DNA of 64,000 nt from positions 32,001 through 96,000 of IMG/VR virus record IMGVR_UViG_3300025141_008848, one strand, 5' to 3'. Both the position numbers and the translations under genes were made by a program. Source of the stretch: a virus. Numbering within the stretch: position 1 is the first letter of the stretch; each line of letters opens with the position of its first letter. The notes beneath the pieces are model-generated. The model saw only the letters and a program-made list of their open reading frames with translations. It searched no databases and was not told where the DNA came from. This document shows positions 30,417 to 41,500 of this stretch, in pieces.

Positions 30417-30843
30417 ATTAAAAACAGGAGATAAAGTAAAAGTACACTATATAGGCACTTTAAAGGATGGTACTACATTTGATAATTCTAGAGACCATGG
30501 AGATGGGTTAGAATTTATTATTGATGACGGAAAATTACTTAAAGGTTTTAATGATACAGTAAAAGAATTAAATGTTGGTGAAAAAAATACTGTAGCATTA
30601 AAAGCAAAAGAAGCTTATGGTGAATACATTCCAGAAGCTATCATTACTGTAAAAAAGACAGAACTCCCACCAGATTTAAAGTATGATATAGATGGGTTTA
30701 TTCACGGACAGGACGACCAAGGAAGACCAGTCCAAGGACAGGTAGTGAAAATCAATGAAGAGGACATTAATTTAAATATGAATCACCCACTAGCTGGTGA
30801 AGATTTAAATTTTGAAATTGAGTTGTTAGAAGTAGTAAAGTAA
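30409..30843 (+). CDS. FKBP-type peptidyl-prolyl isomerase (SlyD/SlpA-like)
   Basis: 'GDKVKVHYIGTLKDGTTFDNS', 'EAYGE', an insert-in-flap region and 'NHPLAGEDLNFEIEL'. Confidence 0.92.
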   Translation: MTKLKTGDKVKVHYIGTLKDGTTFDNSRDHGDGLEFIIDDGKLLKGFNDTVKELNVGEKNTVALKAKEAYGEYIPEAIITVKKTELPPDLKYDIDGFIHGQDDQGRPVQGQVVKINEEDINLNMNHPLAGEDLNFEIELLEVVK

Positions 30844-30873
30844 AAAAATTGTTTAACCTTTTAAAAATGTGTT

Positions 30874-31881
30874 TTGACAAGAACATTATTAGTTGACGGA
30901 AATTCCTTATTAAGTACTGGTTTTCATGGCATAAAAAATATGTATAATGGTACAGACCATATAGGTGGTTTGTACCATTTTTTAAATACCATTAGAAAAC
31001 ATATTGATGGTTATCTTATAACTAAGGTTGTGGTGCTATGGGATGGAGAAGAAAATTCTTCTTCACGACTTAGTTTATACCCTGACTATAAGTTAAATAG
31101 AAGACTAAGAAAGAAATCTACAGATGACATACAGTCCTATAACAAACAAAAATTACGGATACAAGAGTACCTAGAAGAACTTTACGCGAGACAGGCAACA
31201 TTTGATAAGTGTGAAGCTGACGATGGGATAGGGTACTACTGTGAAAAATCCAACGACAATAATATTATTATACTTACGTCCGATAGAGACCTATTACAAT
31301 TAATATCCCCTAAAGTATCCTTACATATAATATCTTTAAATAAACTCTTTAAAGAGGGAGACAAGGTTCCACTAAACGGGGTAAATATTCCATCAAGTAA
31401 TGTAAGACTAGTTAAAACTATTTGTGGGGACACTTCCGATAATATATATGGGATAAAAATGGTTGGTGTAAAATCACTAATAAAAATAAAACCAGAAATA
31501 CTACAAGAAAAAGTAACACTAAAAGAGGTTATAGAGACGATTAGCTCAAAAGACAAACTTAGTCAAAAAGAAAAAAATATATTAGAAGGTAAAACTAAAA
31601 ATAAAGAACAAAAACTTAATATATTAGATATTAACTATAATATTATAGGAGTGGGAAAACAATTCCTCACTCAAGAAGCAATAAATGGGATAAAAGAATT
31701 AGCCAAAGATGCGATAGACCCAGAAGGTAGACACTGGAAAAATGCTTTAGGCTTGATGATGTCAGATGGAATTCTTAATATTTTACCTAAGAAAGATGAT
31801 TCTTGGGTAGACTTTATAAGACCATTTTTAAGATTAACTAGAATAGAAAAAGATTTTTATAAAAATGAAAAAAATAATTAA
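30874..31881 (+). CDS. 5'-3' exonuclease/RNase H (PolA N-terminal/T4 RNase H-like), TTG start
   Basis: 'LLVDGNS', 'YPDYKLNR', 'EADDGI', 'TSDRDLLQL' and 'GDTSDNIYGIKMVG'. Confidence 0.9.
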   Translation: MTRTLLVDGNSLLSTGFHGIKNMYNGTDHIGGLYHFLNTIRKHIDGYLITKVVVLWDGEENSSSRLSLYPDYKLNRRLRKKSTDDIQSYNKQKLRIQEYLEELYARQATFDKCEADDGIGYYCEKSNDNNIIILTSDRDLLQLISPKVSLHIISLNKLFKEGDKVPLNGVNIPSSNVRLVKTICGDTSDNIYGIKMVGVKSLIKIKPEILQEKVTLKEVIETISSKDKLSQKEKNILEGKTKNKEQKLNILDINYNIIGVGKQFLTQEAINGIKELAKDAIDPEGRHWKNALGLMMSDGILNILPKKDDSWVDFIRPFLRLTRIEKDFYKNEKNN

Positions 31882-32326
31882 AATGAGACAAACAATAGAT
31901 AACGCACAAAAGTGTGAAGTGGTATTAAAATTAGAAAATAATATAGTATGCCAAAGATTCTTTTCAGTAAGGAATTTTAACAATAGAGCATGCAATTCAT
32001 TAGATTTACATTGGACAGTTAGTAACATTATTGATGATATAGTTAGTATGTTAAAACTTAAAACTTTATTTATTATGGAGTCACACCATAAAGTTACTGC
32101 GATGGATGAGGCACAAAATGATGAATATTTTACGCTAACAATTAAAAAAGGAAATAAGATAATTTACGATACAATTACACCTGCCAATGTCTACCCCCCG
32201 AAAGTGAGGTATACAGTGGACATCAGACCCCAAATCTCTTCTATTATAAGAGAATTAACAAAAACGTTATCACAGAAAAAAGTTGTGACACACTACCAAG
32301 ATTATGAATTAAACACTAACTATTAA
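31865..32326 (+). CDS. Hypothetical protein in the replication operon
   Basis: ORF between the exonuclease and helicase containing 'NIVCQRFF' and 'YPPKVRYTVDIRP'. Function unknown. Confidence 0.55.
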   Translation: MKKIIKMRQTIDNAQKCEVVLKLENNIVCQRFFSVRNFNNRACNSLDLHWTVSNIIDDIVSMLKLKTLFIMESHHKVTAMDEAQNDEYFTLTIKKGNKIIYDTITPANVYPPKVRYTVDIRPQISSIIRELTKTLSQKKVVTHYQDYELNTNY

Positions 32327-32352
32327 GGTATTTATATTAAACAAATTTATAT

Positions 32353-33732
32353 ATGAGTGAAAATAAAAATTTCGGGTACCTAGGTCACTCGTTTCAGCTA
32401 AAACTAATTAATTTACTAATTACAGACCGTACATTCTTCCAATCAATAATTGATGCTATCTTAGCAAAATATTTCGATAATCAGTACTTTAAATTAATTA
32501 TGCAATTAATTAAAGAATATTACGAAAAATATCAGACTTCACCTTCATTTGATGCTTTAGACCAGCTAAGTAGAATTGAAATTACTTCCGAAATGGCAAG
32601 AAAAAATATAGTAGATGTGTTGAAAGAAGTTAAAGAAGCTTCTTTTGAAGACCACCTTTTTATTAAGGAAAAATCTATTAAATTCTGTAAACAAATGGAA
32701 CTAAAAAAAGCTATTCGTAAGGTAGAAGGTATAATGGAAAAAGGTGATTTTGAGAACTATGATAAATGTGAGGAGTATATTAGAGATGCGATTAAAATAG
32801 GTGACGGAGATGTGGGGAGTTTTGAGATATTTACAGAATTAGAGAAATTACTTGAAGAAGATTATAGACACCCAGTACCAACAGGAGTAGACGGACTAGA
32901 TAATATATTAAATGGAGGTCTCGCAAAAGGTGAGATAGGTGTTATATTAGCCCCAACAGGGGTTGGTAAAACAACACTGTTAACAAGATTTGCTAATACC
33001 GCTTTTAATATGGGGTATAATGTACTACAAATATTTTTTGAGGATAACCCTAAAATTATACAAAGAAAACATTTCACATGTTGGACAGGCATAGTTAATG
33101 ATGAGTTAAGTAAACATAAAGAAACAGTTTTAGAAAAAGCAGATGAGATGAAAAAATCTGGAGGAAGACTAATCTTAAAAAAATTACCATCGGACGAAAT
33201 GACTATGTTACAGATTAAAAACCAAGTAAGAAAGATTATTTCAGAAGGCACAAAAATTGATATGGTTTTAATAGATTATATAGATTGTATAATACCAGAC
33301 AGGTCTTTTAATGATGAATGGAAAGGTGAAGGTTCTGTTATGAGAAAATTTGAAGGTATGTGTCATGAATTAGATATAGTTGGGTGGACAGCAACCCAGG
33401 GAAATAGGTCATCTATAAGTTCTGAAGTTGTAACCACCGATATGATGGGTGGGTCAATTAAAAAAGCACAGGTTGGTCACGTTATTATATCTGTAGCTAA
33501 AACTTTACAACAAAAAGAATTGGGGTTAGCCACAATCGCTATTGTTAAATCTAGATTAGGGAAAGACGGTATCATATTTGAAAATTGTAAATTTGATAAT
33601 GGTACATTAGAAATTAACACTGATTCGACTTCTACATTCCTAGGTTTTGAGGAAGACAAAATACAAAGAAACAGAGAAAGAGTTACACAAGCACTCGAAA
33701 GAAGACAACAAATAATAAATAAAAATAATTAA
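32353..33732 (+). CDS. Replicative DNA helicase (DnaB/T4 gp41-like)
   Basis: 'GGLAKGEIGVILAPTGVGKT', 'LIDYIDCI', 'WTATQGNR' and 'KSRLGKDG'. Confidence 0.92.
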   Translation: MSENKNFGYLGHSFQLKLINLLITDRTFFQSIIDAILAKYFDNQYFKLIMQLIKEYYEKYQTSPSFDALDQLSRIEITSEMARKNIVDVLKEVKEASFEDHLFIKEKSIKFCKQMELKKAIRKVEGIMEKGDFENYDKCEEYIRDAIKIGDGDVGSFEIFTELEKLLEEDYRHPVPTGVDGLDNILNGGLAKGEIGVILAPTGVGKTTLLTRFANTAFNMGYNVLQIFFEDNPKIIQRKHFTCWTGIVNDELSKHKETVLEKADEMKKSGGRLILKKLPSDEMTMLQIKNQVRKIISEGTKIDMVLIDYIDCIIPDRSFNDEWKGEGSVMRKFEGMCHELDIVGWTATQGNRSSISSEVVTTDMMGGSIKKAQVGHVIISVAKTLQQKELGLATIAIVKSRLGKDGIIFENCKFDNGTLEINTDSTSTFLGFEEDKIQRNRERVTQALERRQQIINKNN

Positions 33733-33745
33733 TAAAGATTAAAAT

Positions 33746-35656
33746 ATGGAAGTATCAAATAGAATCCTTTCGGACATTACTGTGTATATGAAGTACGCTA
33801 AGTATATACCGGAATTAAATAGAAGAGAGACATGGGACGAATTAGTGACACGTAATAAAAATATGCATATTAAAAAATATCCACAACTAAAGGAGGAAAT
33901 AGAAGAAAAATATGAATTTGTATACGACAAAAAGGTGTTACCATCTATGAGGTCCATGCAATTTGGAGGTAAACCGATTGAGATATCACCAAACCGAATT
34001 TATAATTGTGCGTACCTACCAATCGAACATGTGGATTCATTTTCCGAAACAATGTTTTTATTATTAGGAGGAACAGGTGTTGGGTACTCAGTACAAAAAC
34101 ATCACGTAGAAAAATTACCAGTAATACAAAAACCATACCCAAAAAGAAAGAAAAGATTTCTTATTGGAGATTCAATAGAAGGATGGGCAGATTCCATAAA
34201 AGTTTTAATGAAATCATATATGAATGGTGGTGGGTCAAGTATTGAATTTGATTTTTCAGATATTAGAGCAAAAGGTGCAAGACTTGTAACCTCTGGTGGA
34301 AAAGCTCCCGGACCACAACCATTAAAAGAATGTTTAGTAAAAATTAAAGGTATATTAGATGAAAAAGAAAACGGGGACCAATTAACGACACTAGAAGTTC
34401 ATGATATTGTTTGTTATATCGCAGACGCGGTACTAGCGGGAGGAATTAGAAGAGCAGCACTTATTAGTTTATTTTCAGCGGATGATGAACAAATGATTTC
34501 ATGTAAAACAGGAAATTGGTGGGAACTAAACTCCCAAAGAGGTAGAGCAAACAACTCAGCATGTTTAATGAGACATAAAATAACAAAAGAGTTCTTTATG
34601 GATTTATGGAAAAGAGTTGAATTATCAGGAGCAGGAGAACCAGGAATATATCTTAATAACGATAAAGATTGGGGGACTAATCCATGTTGTGAGATTGCTT
34701 TAAGACCAAACCAATTCTGTAATCTTTGTGAAGTTAATGTGAGTAATATTGAATCACAAGAAGACCTAAATACAAGAGTAAAAGTAGCAGCATTTATAGG
34801 GACACTACAAGCAGGATACACTAATTTCCATTATTTAAGAGAAATATGGCAAGAGACAACCGAGAAAGACGCTCTTATAGGGGTATCAATGACTGGTATT
34901 GGTTCTGGTAAAGTATTAGAATATGACATGTCAAAATCCGCAAGTTTAGTTAAGAGAGAAAACACCAGAGTATCTAAATTAATAGGGATAAATCAATCAG
35001 CAAGATGCACAACAGTTAAACCAGCCGGAACAACTTCTTTAACATTAGGTACTTCATCTGGTATTCATGCATGGCATAATGATTATTATATCCGAAGAAT
35101 TAGAGTTGGTAAAAACGAATCAATATATCACTATCTATTACATAACCATCCATCATTAGTGGAAGATGAATACTTTAGACCACACGATACAGCGGTAATT
35201 GAAATACCACAAAAGGCTCCTGAAGGGTCAATAATGAGAACTGAATCTCCATTCCAACTACTAGAAAGAGTTAAAAAAGTAGCACAAGAATGGGTAAAAT
35301 CTGGGCATAGGAAAGGTTCAAACACTCATAATGTATCAGCTACAATTTCATTAAGAGACCATGAATGGGATTCTGCAGGTGAATGGATGTGGGAAAATAG
35401 AAAATATTATAACGGACTTTCAGTTCTTCCCTATAATGGAGGGACGTATACCCAAGCACCGTTTGAGGACATCACAGAAGAAAAATATAATGAAATGTTA
35501 GAAACTCTTAAAGATGTAGACCTATCCCAAGTAATAGAGATAGACGATAATACAAATTTATCTGGGGAGTTAGCTTGCGCGGGGGGAACCTGTGAAATAG
35601 ATGTAGATTTAAAAAGTATTGAGAAAAAAAAAGTAGAAGAACTTAATGAAGCATAA
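33746..35656 (+). CDS. nrdJ: Class II (adenosylcobalamin-dependent) ribonucleotide reductase
   Basis: 'LPSMRSMQFGG', 'YNCAY', 'GGIRRAA', 'TNPCCEI', 'FCNL', 'TTVKPAGT' and C-terminal 'ELACAGGTCE'. No beta-subunit gene is adjacent. Confidence 0.88.
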   Translation: MEVSNRILSDITVYMKYAKYIPELNRRETWDELVTRNKNMHIKKYPQLKEEIEEKYEFVYDKKVLPSMRSMQFGGKPIEISPNRIYNCAYLPIEHVDSFSETMFLLLGGTGVGYSVQKHHVEKLPVIQKPYPKRKKRFLIGDSIEGWADSIKVLMKSYMNGGGSSIEFDFSDIRAKGARLVTSGGKAPGPQPLKECLVKIKGILDEKENGDQLTTLEVHDIVCYIADAVLAGGIRRAALISLFSADDEQMISCKTGNWWELNSQRGRANNSACLMRHKITKEFFMDLWKRVELSGAGEPGIYLNNDKDWGTNPCCEIALRPNQFCNLCEVNVSNIESQEDLNTRVKVAAFIGTLQAGYTNFHYLREIWQETTEKDALIGVSMTGIGSGKVLEYDMSKSASLVKRENTRVSKLIGINQSARCTTVKPAGTTSLTLGTSSGIHAWHNDYYIRRIRVGKNESIYHYLLHNHPSLVEDEYFRPHDTAVIEIPQKAPEGSIMRTESPFQLLERVKKVAQEWVKSGHRKGSNTHNVSATISLRDHEWDSAGEWMWENRKYYNGLSVLPYNGGTYTQAPFEDITEEKYNEMLETLKDVDLSQVIEIDDNTNLSGELACAGGTCEIDVDLKSIEKKKVEELNEA

Positions 35657-35831
35657 ATTTAGTAAAGAAATTTTATACCACTTTAATTGTGGTAAATGTA
35701 ATAAATGGTGGTCAATTGCTGACCACCATTTATTATCTAATAATGTACCAAAAAGCAAAGAAAAGGTACCTAATTTAATTATATGTCCCCATTGTGGACA
35801 CAAAGAAGAAGTAACAGATGAGAAGAAGTGA
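35646..35831 (+). CDS. Small zinc-ribbon protein
   Basis: 'CGKC' ... 'CPHC' cysteine pairs. Confidence 0.6.
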   Translation: MKHKFSKEILYHFNCGKCNKWWSIADHHLLSNNVPKSKEKVPNLIICPHCGHKEEVTDEKK

Positions 35832-36012
35832 CGATTGGATTACAGAATTACATTATAAAGAATTTATAAAACCAAAATTACAACCGAAAGACTTTTATTG
35901 GGAAAATGGAAATATGGTAATGACGAAATACTTTCATGAAAGAAGAGGTAGTTGTTGTGGTAACAACTGCAGACACTGTCCCTATCACCCCCAACATATA
36001 AAAAATAACTAG
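35818..36012 (+). CDS. Small Cys-rich protein (DUF5522-like)
   Basis: 'DFYWENGNMVMT..H.RRGSCCGNNCRHCPY'. Confidence 0.65.
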   Translation: MRRSDDWITELHYKEFIKPKLQPKDFYWENGNMVMTKYFHERRGSCCGNNCRHCPYHPQHIKNN

Positions 36013-36086
36013 TAATTAATATAATACAATCTTAAAATCAAAACCAACCATAAAGTAATATAGGAAGTATTTATTATAAAAAAGAA

Positions 36087-36554
36087 ATGCCAACTCAAAG
36101 ATACGGTATAACATTCCCATTTGTAGATAGCTCTGAAGGTTTTTTTCTAGGCTTAAATACAGACATAGATAGTGAAGTAAGGTCTAACCTTGTTCATCTA
36201 GTTCTTACCCGTAAAGGTACAAGGTATTTTTTACCGGATTTTGGCACTAACTTACCCACCTATGTATTCGAACAAATGGATACGACTACTAAGCTATCTA
36301 TTGATAGAGAAATACGGGAGGCGGTAGATAAATATCTTCCTAGTCTAACAATTAATAATGTTGAGGTAAAAACATTAGAAGATTTACTAGCGGAAGAAAA
36401 ACTTAACGAACAAAATACTGATTTATCTATGGATGATGGAAATATGAGTTTTGTAGGGGAAGCCCAAAGAAACTATTCTATGAGAGTAAGAATTGATTAT
36501 ACCGCGGGTGACGGTGTATTGGAAAGTAAAGATTTTGTTATAATAGACTTATAA
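36087..36554 (+). CDS. Baseplate wedge subunit (gp25/GPW-like)
   Basis: 'NLVHLVLTRKGTRYFLPDFGTNL'. TATTTATT at 36068-36075. Confidence 0.9.
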   Translation: MPTQRYGITFPFVDSSEGFFLGLNTDIDSEVRSNLVHLVLTRKGTRYFLPDFGTNLPTYVFEQMDTTTKLSIDREIREAVDKYLPSLTINNVEVKTLEDLLAEEKLNEQNTDLSMDDGNMSFVGEAQRNYSMRVRIDYTAGDGVLESKDFVIIDL

Positions 36555-36556
36555 TT

Positions 36557-38395
36557 ATGGCAGAAAAAAAAATAGCATACACAGAAAGAGATTTTTTAGG
36601 GGTTAGGAACGAACTTCTAAGGTTAACAAACACATATTATCCAGACCTAATTAAAAATGCTAACGACGCCTCCATATACTCCGTATTTTTAGACCTAAAT
36701 GCTGCAGTCGCAGACAACCTAAATTTTCAAATAGACAGAACCTTCCAAGAAACAGTCTTACAATATGCTCAAGAAAGAAGTTCTTTATATAATATAGCTA
36801 AAACTTACGGTTTAAAAATTCCAGGAAATAGGCCTTCGGTAACGGTTTGTGATTTATCTATCATAGTTCCAGTTTTAGGTGATAAAGAAGATTTTAAATA
36901 TTTGGGAACCATAAGGGCTGGAGGACAGTTTAGAGGTGGGGGACAAGTATTTGAATTAATAGAGGATTGTGATTTTTCATCTCAGTACAGTGCAGAAGGA
37001 ATACCAAATCAAACAAAAATACCAAATTATAATGCTAACGGGATTATACAGAATTATACAATTGTAAAAAAAGAAGTACTAATTAACGGAGTAACTAAAG
37101 TATTCAAAAAAGAAATTAATGACGCTGACAGTAACCCATTTTTTAAACTTTTTTTACCAGAAAAAAATGTTATAGGGGTAACCAGTGTAATACAAAAAGA
37201 CGGGTTAGGGTACCAAACAATACCTAGTACGACAGAATTTCTATCAACTACAGCAAATAAATGGCATGAAGTCGAAGCTTTAGCACAAAATGAAGTTTTT
37301 GTTGTAGACCCTTCTATGCCACCAGATACTCCAGGTATAAAAGTAGGTAAGTATGTTACTGTACCACAAAGATTTATTACTGAGTTTACACCAGAAGGAT
37401 TCTTCCACCTAACTTTTGGTAGTGGAAACCAAACTTCACAAGACTCACTAGATGGTTTTGCGTCAAAAGGTGTTAAATTAGATATGTCACAATTTTTGAA
37501 TAATATATCTTTAGGTAATGCTGTGAAAGGAAATAGCACTTTATTTGTACAATATAGAATTGGTGGTGGGAAATCATCCAATATTGGTGCTGGAGCAATA
37601 AACACAGTAGGTAATGTGGATTTTGTGGTAGCAGGACCTAGTCAACAGATAAACCAAACAGTAAAGAATAGTTTAGCTATAACAAATACTACATCAGCTA
37701 TAGGGGGTGCAAATCAAATGTCCCCAGATGAGATAAGAAATTATATAGCTTTTAATTTTACAGCACAGAATAGAGGTGTTACCATTAATGATTATGTTTC
37801 TAAGTTAAGAACAATGCCGGCTACATTTGGTGCACCTGCTAAAGTAGGGGTTACTGAAATAGAAAATAAAGTTAACCTAAATGTTTTATCTTATACACCC
37901 GACGGTAAATTAACATCATTAGTTAGTGAAACACTTAAGAACAATATAGCTAACTACCTATCTAATTATAGGATGTTAAATGATTATATAGTAGTTGGTC
38001 CAGCAAGAGTTATAGATGTGGCACTAAGTGTAGATTTAATTTTAGAAAAATCCGCTAATGAAGGTAGTATAGTTACTAACGTGATAACAAAAATTAGTGA
38101 GTATTTTGCAATAGATAGGTTAGAGCTAGGAGAAGACCTGACGTTAGGAACACTAAGGAGTTTTATAATGTCACAACCAGGTGTACTTAATATAACAGGG
38201 TTATATGTGTTTAATAAAGTTGGTGGAGAATACTCTCAATCCATCACTACACAACCATATATAAATGCTACCACCAAACAAATCGGGTTAATAGATGACA
38301 CTATTTATGCTCAACCTAATGAGATATTACAAATTCGTTTCCCAGACAAAGATATATCGGTAAGATTTAAAAAACCAAGTAAACCAGTATTTTAA
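36557..38395 (+). CDS. Baseplate wedge protein (T4 gp6/baseplate J-like)
   Basis: 'YTERDF', 'AQERSSLYNIAKTYGLK', 'VQYRIGGG..NIG' and 'FTAQNRGVTINDY'. Confidence 0.88.
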   Translation: MAEKKIAYTERDFLGVRNELLRLTNTYYPDLIKNANDASIYSVFLDLNAAVADNLNFQIDRTFQETVLQYAQERSSLYNIAKTYGLKIPGNRPSVTVCDLSIIVPVLGDKEDFKYLGTIRAGGQFRGGGQVFELIEDCDFSSQYSAEGIPNQTKIPNYNANGIIQNYTIVKKEVLINGVTKVFKKEINDADSNPFFKLFLPEKNVIGVTSVIQKDGLGYQTIPSTTEFLSTTANKWHEVEALAQNEVFVVDPSMPPDTPGIKVGKYVTVPQRFITEFTPEGFFHLTFGSGNQTSQDSLDGFASKGVKLDMSQFLNNISLGNAVKGNSTLFVQYRIGGGKSSNIGAGAINTVGNVDFVVAGPSQQINQTVKNSLAITNTTSAIGGANQMSPDEIRNYIAFNFTAQNRGVTINDYVSKLRTMPATFGAPAKVGVTEIENKVNLNVLSYTPDGKLTSLVSETLKNNIANYLSNYRMLNDYIVVGPARVIDVALSVDLILEKSANEGSIVTNVITKISEYFAIDRLELGEDLTLGTLRSFIMSQPGVLNITGLYVFNKVGGEYSQSITTQPYINATTKQIGLIDDTIYAQPNEILQIRFPDKDISVRFKKPSKPVF

Positions 38396-38511
38396 TAATC
38401 TTTACTATATTCCATTGTTAAGTACTTTTAGTTTTAATGGTGGAACTATTTATTTTATAGCCACTATAAAAATAATAAAATTATTTTATGGGGTAACAAA
38501 TAATATTAAAT

Positions 38512-41500
38512 ATGGGTCAATCATTTAGGGTAAGAACAGACATTAATACAAGTGGAGCAAAAGATAAAAATGTAACATTTGAATTAAAACAAGATTTTGA
38601 TTTATTAGAGATTTTAAGTCTTTCATTAACACAACAAGATGTTTACACACGTATGTGTGCAGATTTTGGTGTTGTTGTGGGTAGAGTTGTGGCTAATGGT
38701 GGTTTTGGTATCCCTAATGCAAAAGTTTCTATATTTGTACCTTTAGATACTAAAGATGAAGAAAATGAGGTAATAAAATTTTTATACCCATTTAAACAAC
38801 CTTTTGATACTGACAATGAAGGAAAGAGATATAATTTACTTAGTACTGAAAAAACATTTAATTGTCATGTAAATGTTGGAACATTCCCAGTTTTAAATGA
38901 TGTACTAAACAAACAAGAAGTTAAATATGTCTACGACAAATATTACAAGTATACGGTAAAAACAAATGAGTCGGGAGACTTTATGATATATGGTGTCCCA
39001 GTGGGTGACCAAACTATCATTATGGATGTGGATGTAAGTGATATTGGGTGTTTTTCGTTATTACCAGAAGATTTTAAAATAAAAGGATTTCCAGATTCAG
39101 ATTTTGATGGCCCAAGATTTAGAGATGACACAAGTATTGATTCATTACCTCAGATATTAAATCTACAAAAATCTATAGATGTTAGGCCTTTTTGGGGCGA
39201 TGAGGAATTTTGTAGAGCTGCTATTACAAGGGTAGATTTTGATTTATCACAAACTGGATTCAAACTCGAACCAAGAGCTGTATTTATGGGTAGTACAGCT
39301 TCAGATACTGACAAAGATTCGGTAAACAATAACTGTAGACCTAAAGCTCATATGGGAGACCTATGTAGTTTAATATCAAAACCTGGAATTATAGACTGTA
39401 TAAGGTATACTCCATTTTTTGAAAATGACCCTCTCGCTTATCCCGCATATACTGCTGGGGGATGGGGAGCACCACTAGGTGGTGAAGTACCTATCTTAGA
39501 AAGGTATTATCTTGAAGATGGTGGTAGGGTTATTGATAATACAGGGTCCTTCCTTATCCACCTACCAATGAATCTTGACTACATGATTACCAACGAGCTT
39601 GGTGAGATGGTGTTATCCGATGACCCAACACTAGGGGTAGCTACAAGAACTAGAGTTAGATTTAGAATAAGACCCGAACAAGCAAAAGGTGGGGCACGAC
39701 AACGAAGAATAGGTTCTCACTTAGTCCCCAATATTAGAGAATTTTATCAACATTGGGCAGGAGATAGTAATGGTGATTGGCCCGGCATCGAACCAAGTTC
39801 CTACACTTTTTCGGTAAAGTATAGTGATTACCACCCCTGGGCACAAAGAAATCTGATGCCAGGAGGAGAAGATGTTTTTTATGATATGACTTTTAATAGG
39901 GTTTATACTTATGCACAATTTCATGACCACATAAAACATGGTGGTAGGAGACAATTTGTGGGGATAAAAGAGATATTACCAGAAATGGACCAACAATGTT
40001 CCACCACAGCAATGTTCTTCCCAATTAATAGTGCGGTTAGAAGTCCCAATCTTATGGTTTTCTTATGGATGTTTTTAATAGATTTTCTTGGACTATTTTA
40101 TCAGTTAATTGCGTATTTTGTTACCATATTAGCTGCATTCTTAAGTCTTATATTAGCCATAGTATTGTTTATAATATGGGTGTTATGTATAATGTGGTGT
40201 TTTCTATATTGTCTCTATATTAGTATATGGGGTGTAACAATATTTCGGATGACCTGGATACTACCTAGTAGTGCGGCACCGCCAGACATATGCGGCCAAG
40301 TAAACATACAGGGTTTTGGTTGTAATGCTGACTGTGCATTTTTTGGTTTAAGAATGGGTATGGTCTTATTTAAACTTAGACAAACCAAATACCCCGAATG
40401 TGAAAAATGTATGTGTAGGACAAATGTTGGGAGTATTTCCACCCCCGATAGTATGAGGTATTTAACTGAAGGACCAAACAGATGGCCATGTCCAGAAGGA
40501 TTTCCAGGTGACCCACTTGCTCAAACTGGTGCTTCAACAGGGACAAGTTGTGTTCCACAATGCCCACCAGGTAACGGGGCTACTGGAGATGACTTCGGAG
40601 GTAAGTTCCAACACGATTGTTGTGAAGAGTCAGATGATATTAGGGTTTGTTGTCATGATAACTATGGGTATAATTCCGATGGTAGTATGAATGCACAATC
40701 AGTTGATGAAAAAGATGGTATAGCTGGTGGAGGTTGTTATGTAAAAATAATATGTTTTGCAACTGGTTGTATAGATGAAAATTTCAATATGACAGTATTG
40801 AGGGAATGGACAAGAAGAGAAAAAATTGCAGTTGCTTTATGTAATGGGATAATGAATTATTTTTGGGAAAACAATTGGGTGAATGGGTTCCTATACCAAT
40901 TCCAATTTAACGCAAAATTAGAATATAACCCGACTACCGAATCTTACGCAACGAACTCAAAATGGTGTAAAAAATTAACATATCTACACCCAACACAACA
41001 TACTTTCTATTATAGGTCTACACCATTTCAGGTTACTGGTATTGGTAAAAATGATGGTAATTTTATAGGGGATACGGACGGTGTTTATAAACCGTGGTGG
41101 ATGATTGGTGGTGGGAACGCTACTAGTGATTTGCATGCAAAAGGAGACATGGATAGGCACATATTATTCCCAACAACGATTGTAGATATGGGTTCTAGAA
41201 ACCAATGTATACAACAAATATGTCTTGACCCTAAATTCAACGAGGAGTGTTCAGTTACAGACCAAATAGGTAGTACAACATTCCAAGACATAACAAACTT
41301 AGTTTCAGATATATACAATATTAAAATGATGTATAGTAAAGCTTCTATGTCTACATTTTTCCCTAGACCAGAATATGAAATAGGTGGAGATGTTGCACAA
41401 GCATTAATGCAGAATTGCATGTTAGGGGTGTATGGGTATGAAGCAAATGTTGGTGATATTGGATGTGAGTGTGATTATGATTTAGACATATCAACCGGTG

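Noticed and set aside
29412-35656. Inteins or introns in RecA, helicase or RNR
   Set aside because: The proteins are of normal length, with no intein splice motifs or homing endonuclease seen.
5593-38395. Bacterial extracellular contractile injection system or tailocin
   Set aside because: Neck proteins and a T4-like replication block are present, which indicates a true phage.
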